DNA of 41,811 bases from a virus (taxonomy: Duplodnaviria > Caudoviricetes). Numbering within the stretch: the stretch's first letter is position 1; each line of letters begins with the position of its first letter. The position numbers were made by a program, and so were the translations under genes. The DNA lies in the IMG/VR virus record IMGVR_UViG_3300037882_001702, positions 1-41,811 of that record. One strand, 5' to 3'. Below, one piece after another: positions 37,266 through 41,811 of this stretch. Under the pieces are notes generated by a model, which had not been told where the DNA came from, did not search any database, and saw only the letters and a list, made by a program, of their open reading frames with translations.

Positions 37266-37448
37266 CTACTCATTTTTATTTTCCTCTTTCATAGCAATCC
37301 ATTTTTTTTGCGTCGTCCATGCAATTTCGAGCGCATCTTTTTCAACTTCGCCTTTCCATTCGTCCAGCGGGTGTCTCATTGCATTCCTGGCTGCAATGAG
37401 CGCCGCAGAAAATTCCTCACACATTTTTATCAGTTATTTATTTTCCAT
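37266..37448 (-). pseudogene. Small gene with a stop at codon 5, or restarted at ATG 37424
   Basis: GGGGAG SD, then MENK*LIKMCEEF... all in one frame. Confidence 0.45.
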
Positions 37449-37489
37449 TTTTCTCCCCTATTTTATCGATACTTGGTGTCTAATTAGCG

Positions 37490-37711
37490 TTATACGCCTA
37501 ATTTCTCAACAGTAATTCTGTACTCTGGCGTTCCGTCTGCCTTGCTTATTTCCACCGGCTTCCCAAATCTAAGCGTGTGCTCTGCAACAGCAACCAGGGC
37601 ATCAATGGTCACATCCTGCTTACCTGCGCCCCATGTCCTGCCGTCCTTAAGCACAGTTCCGGCAAAAATGTCTCCAGTCAAAGGACTGGCTGCAACGTGT
37701 AGTTTACGCAT
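37490..37711 (-). CDS. Cassette 1 hypothetical phage protein
   Basis: SPLTGDIFAG...KQDVT; start codon lies in the attC R'' box, stop codon in GTTA. Confidence 0.75.
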   Translation of the reverse strand: MRKLHVAASPLTGDIFAGTVLKDGRTWGAGKQDVTIDALVAVAEHTLRFGKPVEISKADGTPEYRITVEKLGV

Positions 37712-37806
37712 AACTTATAGCTCCAGGCGACGCAGTGCCGCGTCACGGTTTTTGTTAAATTTAGATTCAGTCGCGCGGCACTGCGCTCCTGAGCATGGCG
37801 TTAGCC
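37708..37806 (+). other. attC site 1, 99 bp
   Basis: GCATAAC-ttata-GCTCCAGG ... CCTGAGC-atggc-GTTAGCC; one extra base in L''. Confidence 0.85.
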
Positions 37807-37837
37807 ACCACCAGCACGCGCTAGTGGTGTGCCGACA

Positions 37838-38134
37838 TTACGCCGCCAGTCGTTCGCGCAGCGCGTAGCCTTCCAGCGCCCAAATCTTCTGCTTGGCGTT
37901 GTCGCGTGCGATCTTGCGTCCCAACTCGGTGTCAAAGTTCTCAGGGCTTGCGCACGCGCTTTCCCCGGTAACGGTGAAGCCGTTTGCCAGCGTCAGGACA
38001 CAAACCGTCAGGGTCGTGCCGGGGAAAACGTGGTAGTCCTCGCCAACAATCACTTCGTCAACCCGTTGCGGCGTCACCCGTGCTGCGGTCAACCCCTTGT
38101 CCTTAATTTCCTGCTCAATTGCTTGGTCGTTCAT
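37838..38134 (-). CDS. Cassette 2: N4 gp49/Sf6 gp66-family protein
   Basis: LTVCVLTLANGFTVTGESACASPENFD.ELGRKIA...KIWALEGY. Confidence 0.85.
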   Translation of the reverse strand: MNDQAIEQEIKDKGLTAARVTPQRVDEVIVGEDYHVFPGTTLTVCVLTLANGFTVTGESACASPENFDTELGRKIARDNAKQKIWALEGYALRERLAA

Positions 38135-38173
38135 CTTGGTTCCTTTTGGTGTGCCGCGTTTTCAGCGTGTCGC

Positions 38174-38236
38174 GGCTAACACGTCATTCCAGCGGACGGG
38201 CGAAAAGCCGCCCGCCCCTGGATTCAGGCATTATGC
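38174..38236 (+). other. attC site 2, 63 bp, degenerate
   Basis: GGCTAAC-acgtc-ATTCCAGC ... CCTGGAT-tcaggc-ATTATGC; crossover GTT is ATT. Confidence 0.7.
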
Positions 38237-38460
38237 CCTAAAGCATCCCGCGCGGCCTTCAAAGCCTTCGGCCATCCGTAATCTTTAGCGTTCCCATTCC
38301 CTGATAGTTCTGTTTCCTTAAGCAGTAGCGTTAGTGCATCCTCCAGTTTTTTCGCGTAGGCAATTATTCCTGTTGCCGTCCATCCTCCATCAAGCACATC
38401 TTCCGACAATCCGGCACACGCTTTAATACATTTATCTTTATATTCGTCGCTTTGGTTCAT
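38224..38460 (-). CDS. Cassette 3 hypothetical protein
   Basis: GGAG SD; ends inside attC2. Confidence 0.7.
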   Translation of the reverse strand: MNQSDEYKDKCIKACAGLSEDVLDGGWTATGIIAYAKKLEDALTLLLKETELSGNGNAKDYGWPKALKAARDALGHNA

Positions 38461-38486
38461 TGTTTTTTCTCCAGCAAATAGTTGTG

Positions 38487-38583
38487 GTATAACTCTTAGT
38501 TAAAGCGGACAAGCCGCCGTTTAGCGCATTTGCGCGGTTAAAGCACAGCGTGTGGCGGCTTTCCGCTTAACACGGCGTTATAC
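38487..38583 (+). other. attC site 3, 97 bp
   Basis: GTATAAC-tctta-GTTAAAGC ... GCTTAAC-acggc-GTTATAC. Confidence 0.85.
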
Positions 38584-38820
38584 GCCAAGTTTACCGAGTT
38601 CATAGCATTTTTTTAATGCATCTACTATCCAGTTTAATTCACGTCCAAAACTGGCATCTTCTGGTTCCATTGCATCGGATTCAAGCGAAATAACTGCTCC
38701 GTTGTGGATAACTTTTATGTAATTTGCACAATCTTTACCGTCGCCATTGTTAGGAACTGATTCTTTTTCATCATCCGATAAATCATCAAAACCAATTAAA
38801 TCAACTTTAAAATCATTCAT
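38578..38820 (-). CDS. Cassette 4 hypothetical acidic protein
   Basis: GGAG SD; SDAMEPEDASFGR; stop is the TTA of R'. Confidence 0.75.
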   Translation of the reverse strand: MNDFKVDLIGFDDLSDDEKESVPNNGDGKDCANYIKVIHNGAVISLESDAMEPEDASFGRELNWIVDALKKCYELGKLGV

Positions 38821-38833
38821 ATTTTAATCTCCA

Positions 38834-38929
38834 GTATAACTATGTGTTCAAGCGGACAAGCCGCCGTTAGCGCATTTGCGCGGTTAAAGTTCAGTGGTTG
38901 GCGGCTTTCCGCTTAACACGGCGTTATCC
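38834..38929 (+). other. attC site 4, 96 bp, paralogous to attC3
   Basis: GTATAAC-tatgt-GTTCAAGC ... GCTTAAC-acggc-GTTATCC. Confidence 0.88.
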
Positions 38930-39112
38930 CGCATTGTTTAGCGTCTTAACTATCCACTCAGTGAGTTTTAAGTTTTGTGCTTGTGCGGTCGCTATCCATG
39001 TTGCTTTATTCGCGGCAGTACATCTAGCATGTATAAAACTTGTAGCGGCTTCCATGTCGCGCTGGGCATTGGTGTTGCCAAGCTTTGCTCCTGGCTTTAT
39101 TTTTTCAGACAT
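38924..39112 (-). CDS. Cassette 5: small ribbon-helix-helix-like protein
   Basis: IHARCT...KATW...AQ....KLTEWIVKTLN. Confidence 0.6.
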   Translation of the reverse strand: MSEKIKPGAKLGNTNAQRDMEAATSFIHARCTAANKATWIATAQAQNLKLTEWIVKTLNNAG

Positions 39113-39299
39113 GTGATTTTAATTTCTGCAATTGTAAATCAGACAATTCTATTTCCCCGCTTTCGTTTCGAAATGGAATATCTCCCACCGACGAATCAAA
39201 ACCTGAAATTATTTGATATTCGCCGGTCGATCTGTTGTAAACAAGTTTTTCCCCGGCCTCTTTAGCGATTTTTCGAATATATTTGATAGTTAGTTTCAT
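39105..39299 (-). CDS. Cassette 5 hypothetical protein
   Basis: Packed operon. Confidence 0.6.
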   Translation of the reverse strand: MKLTIKYIRKIAKEAGEKLVYNRSTGEYQIISGFDSSVGDIPFRNESGEIELSDLQLQKLKSHV

Positions 39300-39301
39300 A
39301 A

Positions 39302-39574
39302 TTAAATTCTCGCTGCTTTAAATCCGATTTCATTAATTGTATTCTTCATTGCGCCGTCTTCAACAAAAAACAGTTCTTTTTTTACGTCAAAATACATTTT
39401 TGATTTACTGCCGATTCCACGAGTTTCCCCGGAATATTTTGGAGAATTTACAACCTTTGCGCCAATGGCTTCCAGTTGAGTATTGCTGTTCATGTAGATG
39501 CGCTCATGTTCATCTTTTATCCAAACTTTTGCGCTAGCATCGATAAGTGCTTTCTTGATTTCTTGTGTGGTCAT
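39302..39574 (-). CDS. Cassette 5 hypothetical protein
   Basis: GGAG SD; KVW.K..HERIY.N...KMYFDV. Confidence 0.7.
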   Translation of the reverse strand: MTTQEIKKALIDASAKVWIKDEHERIYMNSNTQLEAIGAKVVNSPKYSGETRGIGSKSKMYFDVKKELFFVEDGAMKNTINEIGFKAARI

Positions 39575-39636
39575 GATGTCTCTCCAGATTAGGTTCCCGG
39601 TTCCTCCGGGTAGGTCACTTTCTTAAAAGTTGGCTT

Positions 39637-39665
39637 ATTATTCCATGGTTTTAATTGTTTGTCAA
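39637..39665 (-). promoter_or_regulatory. Sigma70-like promoter inside cassette 5
   Basis: TTGACA, 17 bp, AATAAT. Confidence 0.65.
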
Positions 39666-39679
39666 CACAAATGATTTAA

Positions 39680-39739
39680 GTATAACTACACGCTCAAGCC
39701 GACTTCGCTATCGCTACGCGGCTTAGCTCTGCGTTATAC
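39680..39739 (+). other. attC site 5, 60 bp, classic short type
   Basis: GTATAAC-tacac-GCTCAAGC-CGAC...GCG-GCTTAGC-tctgc-GTTATAC. Confidence 0.9.
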
Positions 39740-39777
39740 ATCTTTTTGCAATGTATCAGCGACTAACTTTGGTGACT

Positions 39778-40200
39778 CTAAAATGGGATGTCATCATCAA
39801 AATCATCATGCCCAGTCTCAGCCTTAGCAGGGGGTTTATACCGTTCTTTTTGTTGTTCTTCAGCCTGAGACTTATTCGACTCGCAAAACTGAAAGTCATT
39901 AACGATCACTTCAGTGATGTATTGCTTTACACCTTCTTTATCCCATGACCGCGTTTTAAGCTTCCCTGAGAGATAAATTTTACTGCCCTTTTTGAAGTAT
40001 TTTCCTATGTTTTCTGCGGTATTGCCGAACGCGACACAGCGAACCCACTCGGTATTTTCTTTAACTTCGCCTGTCGTTTTATCTTTCCATTTTTCGCCAA
40101 GAGCTACCGAAAATTTCCCGACCGCCCGACCATCCGGCAAAGTTTTTATTTCTACGTCTGATCCCAGGTTCCCTAAGATTTGTACTAGATTTAATGACAT
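39778..40200 (-). CDS. ssb: Single-stranded DNA-binding protein
   Basis: LNLVQILGNLGSD...TEWVRC...KGSKIYLSGKLKTRSW...DFDDDIPF. Confidence 0.96.
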   Translation of the reverse strand: MSLNLVQILGNLGSDVEIKTLPDGRAVGKFSVALGEKWKDKTTGEVKENTEWVRCVAFGNTAENIGKYFKKGSKIYLSGKLKTRSWDKEGVKQYITEVIVNDFQFCESNKSQAEEQQKERYKPPAKAETGHDDFDDDIPF

Positions 40201-40202
40201 TT

Positions 40203-40994
40203 TTACTCCTCCGTTTGTGTTATTTCGCCGGTTGTTTGATCAACTTCTGGCACTACTTTAGCTTGTGCGGATGCTTTTAACGTGTCAATTTTACGTTTGT
40301 ATGCGGTTATCGCAATTTTGCGATCACTTTCAAGTGTCAATTCAGTTATCAGAGCCTTACAGTTATTTTGCGCCTCTTTGCTATCAATTGCTTCGATAGC
40401 ATCAAGGACATCATCAATCGACTGGGAGTCTTCGTGGATTTGACACACCGTTTTTTCTAGCGGCGTGTCTTGCAGTTCATCGACGCTATAAACCCCCAAG
40501 ATCGCCCCAGGCGCATAGAGCCGCGCCCAGTATTTTACGGCTAGATATGAGAGCTGTTGTGCCGGTGCTGTTTTCCAAAGTGGTGAGTTTTTTGTGGTGA
40601 TGCTGGCAGCGTGTAACCATTCTCCCCAAGTTATCTCGCTTTGCCCGTTTAGCACCGCACCGACCCGGCATGACACGGTTTGCCCTTCGCCCTTGTGTTC
40701 GTAGTGGAAGCTTCCGCGAATTGCATTTGACGATTGAATCACTGCATTAACGAGTTGTGCTTCATAGCCCAATATGCCGTTGACCAAATGCGTTTTTTGC
40801 GCGGCGGCGAAAGGGTTTATGCCCCATTGTGCGGCTTGCATGATAATAGCCAGGCAGTCTGACGGTTTGCCACGCAAGTGAGCGGGCACAGTCACTGTGC
40901 CTTGCGCCATAACGTCGGCTAACATCATCATTTTATCGATTTTGTTGCCCTCGAACAGCATTGACGCTGTTGATGTTGTTTGTAATTCGTTCAT
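40203..40994 (-). CDS. recT: RecT-family single-strand annealing recombinase
   Basis: VPAHLRGKPSDCLAI.MQAAQWG.NPF.AAQKTH...YLAVKYWARLY.P..ILGVY..DEL. Confidence 0.85.
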   Translation of the reverse strand: MNELQTTSTASMLFEGNKIDKMMMLADVMAQGTVTVPAHLRGKPSDCLAIIMQAAQWGINPFAAAQKTHLVNGILGYEAQLVNAVIQSSNAIRGSFHYEHKGEGQTVSCRVGAVLNGQSEITWGEWLHAASITTKNSPLWKTAPAQQLSYLAVKYWARLYAPGAILGVYSVDELQDTPLEKTVCQIHEDSQSIDDVLDAIEAIDSKEAQNNCKALITELTLESDRKIAITAYKRKIDTLKASAQAKVVPEVDQTTGEITQTEE

Positions 40995-41009
40995 TTTAGT
41001 AATCCTCTG

Positions 41010-41811
41010 TTAATAGTTTATTATTAATGCGCCAAGTTGTTTTTTTGCTGCTTCAATGATTATTTTTTTAGCCGTGTCTTTGCTAACCCCAATCGCCTCG
41101 AGTTTATCTATAATGTCTAAGTTTATTGCTCGTTGATGTTCTTTATTTTCTGCTTGTTTATCTGCTTCTGCCTTTATTCTTGCGAATTCTTCTGCTTCCG
41201 ATTTTGCCTGAGCTTCTTGTCGTCTGCGTTCATTTTCGATGGCTGCTTGTTCGCGGGCTTTGGCTTGGCGTTCAGCTTCTTGCCTTTGTTGCTCTGCGAG
41301 TTGTTCTGCGGCTAATTTATCGTGTTCTGCTTGTTTTATGGCCTCCTGTTTTTCAATTTCTGCGCGCTCTGCCCTGGCAATGGCTTCTTGCTTTTGCTGT
41401 TCGGCAAATTTGGCGGCTTTCAGCTGTTCGGCTTCCCTTTTGCGCTGTTCTTCTGCAACTCTTTGCCGCTCCTGCTCGATAGCTTGCTCCTGTAATTCCC
41501 TCTCATATTCTGCTTTTTCTTTAGCTTCGCGCTCGGCTTTTTCTTTAGCTTCGCGCTCGGCTTTTTCTTTGAGCAAGTCAAACAGTGTATTTTCCGTTAT
41601 GGCAGTATTCCAATCATCATCAAATTGTTTTTCTAATCGCAACTTCTCGGCTTCTGCGGCTTTTTTACACGCCAATTCTTCTGCTATACGAGATTGTTCT
41701 GCTTCCCATTCGGTCAATGGTTCGCGCGTATTGTCAGCAATTTCTCTGACTCCGCTTTCAAATATTTTTCGGAAATTAAGGTCGGCTTCCTGCACTTTTT
41801 TGGCTTCTGCG
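41010..41811 (-). CDS. Coiled-coil phage early protein, 5' end probably beyond the window
   Basis: E/K/A/R-rich; REPLTEWEAEQ and EHQRAIN...INY motifs; frame open to the edge; internal 24-bp repeat EKAEREAK. Confidence 0.75.
   Translation of the reverse strand, partial: AEAKKVQEADLNFRKIFESGVREIADNTREPLTEWEAEQSRIAEELACKKAAEAEKLRLEKQFDDDWNTAITENTLFDLLKEKAEREAKEKAEREAKEKAEYERELQEQAIEQERQRVAEEQRKREAEQLKAAKFAEQQKQEAIARAERAEIEKQEAIKQAEHDKLAAEQLAEQQRQEAERQAKAREQAAIENERRRQEAQAKSEAEEFARIKAEADKQAENKEHQRAINLDIIDKLEAIGVSKDTAKKIIIEAAKKQLGALIINY

Larger units (their letters stand above)
37489..39739 (+). mobile_element. Integron-like cassette array: 5 attC sites, no integrase in the window (CALIN-like)
   Basis: Five R''-L''...L'-R' palindromes separating small genes; cassette-end boxes are complementary. 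Confidence 0.82.

Noticed and set aside
35741-37448. Stop-codon reassignment suggested by three in-frame stops
   Set aside because: The stops are of two types, core genes are uninterrupted and end in TAA, TAG or TGA, and no suppressor tRNA is seen.
38487-38929. attC3/attC4 as simple terminators, REP elements or CRISPR repeats
   Set aside because: No U-tails; they have R/L box spacing with an extra L'' base and separate whole genes.
497-41482. Antisense and nested ORFs in the track (e.g. 497-853, 1600-2154, 21930-22415, 37829-38179, 41126-41482)
   Set aside because: They are shadows of better-supported genes, without SD sequences or recognisable motifs.
41510-41572. 24-bp tandem repeat as a regulatory element
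   Set aside because: It is an in-frame EKAEREAK duplication in a coiled coil.
1-41811. Complete diversity-generating retroelement or retron
   Set aside because: No reverse transcriptase motifs and no template/variable repeat pair seen in the window.

Overview
The window is most of a tailed dsDNA phage genome (siphovirus-type), cut inside a gene at both ends. Plus strand: Cro-like HTH, Toprim primase, VRR-NUC nuclease, AAA helicase with a putative origin, Mor/C-type late activator, lysis genes, a ParB-like gene plus a Mom-family DNA-modification gene, PBSX-type terminase, a Mu-like head module, a non-contractile tail with a -1 chaperone frameshift, tape measure and a 1845-aa polysaccharide-degrading tail protein. 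Minus strand: an early arm with RecT, SSB and many small genes. No integrase, transposase, CI repressor or reverse transcriptase is recognisable. Two things stand out. (1) A 69-nt D-armless tRNA-Gly-like element with all bacterial GlyRS identity elements sits in the 3' end of the mom gene (8596-8664) and could be a dedicated glycyl donor for DNA hypermodification. (2) An array of five integron-type attC sites (37708-39739) delimits cassettes whose genes are all inverted relative to attC, with no integron integrase in the window. Also notable: a pentapeptide array with only non-synonymous variation, a kissing-loop leader before the helicase, and a four-gene fibre-like cassette bracketed by a duplicated late-promoter motif. 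All family assignments come from motif recognition by eye, not database searches.
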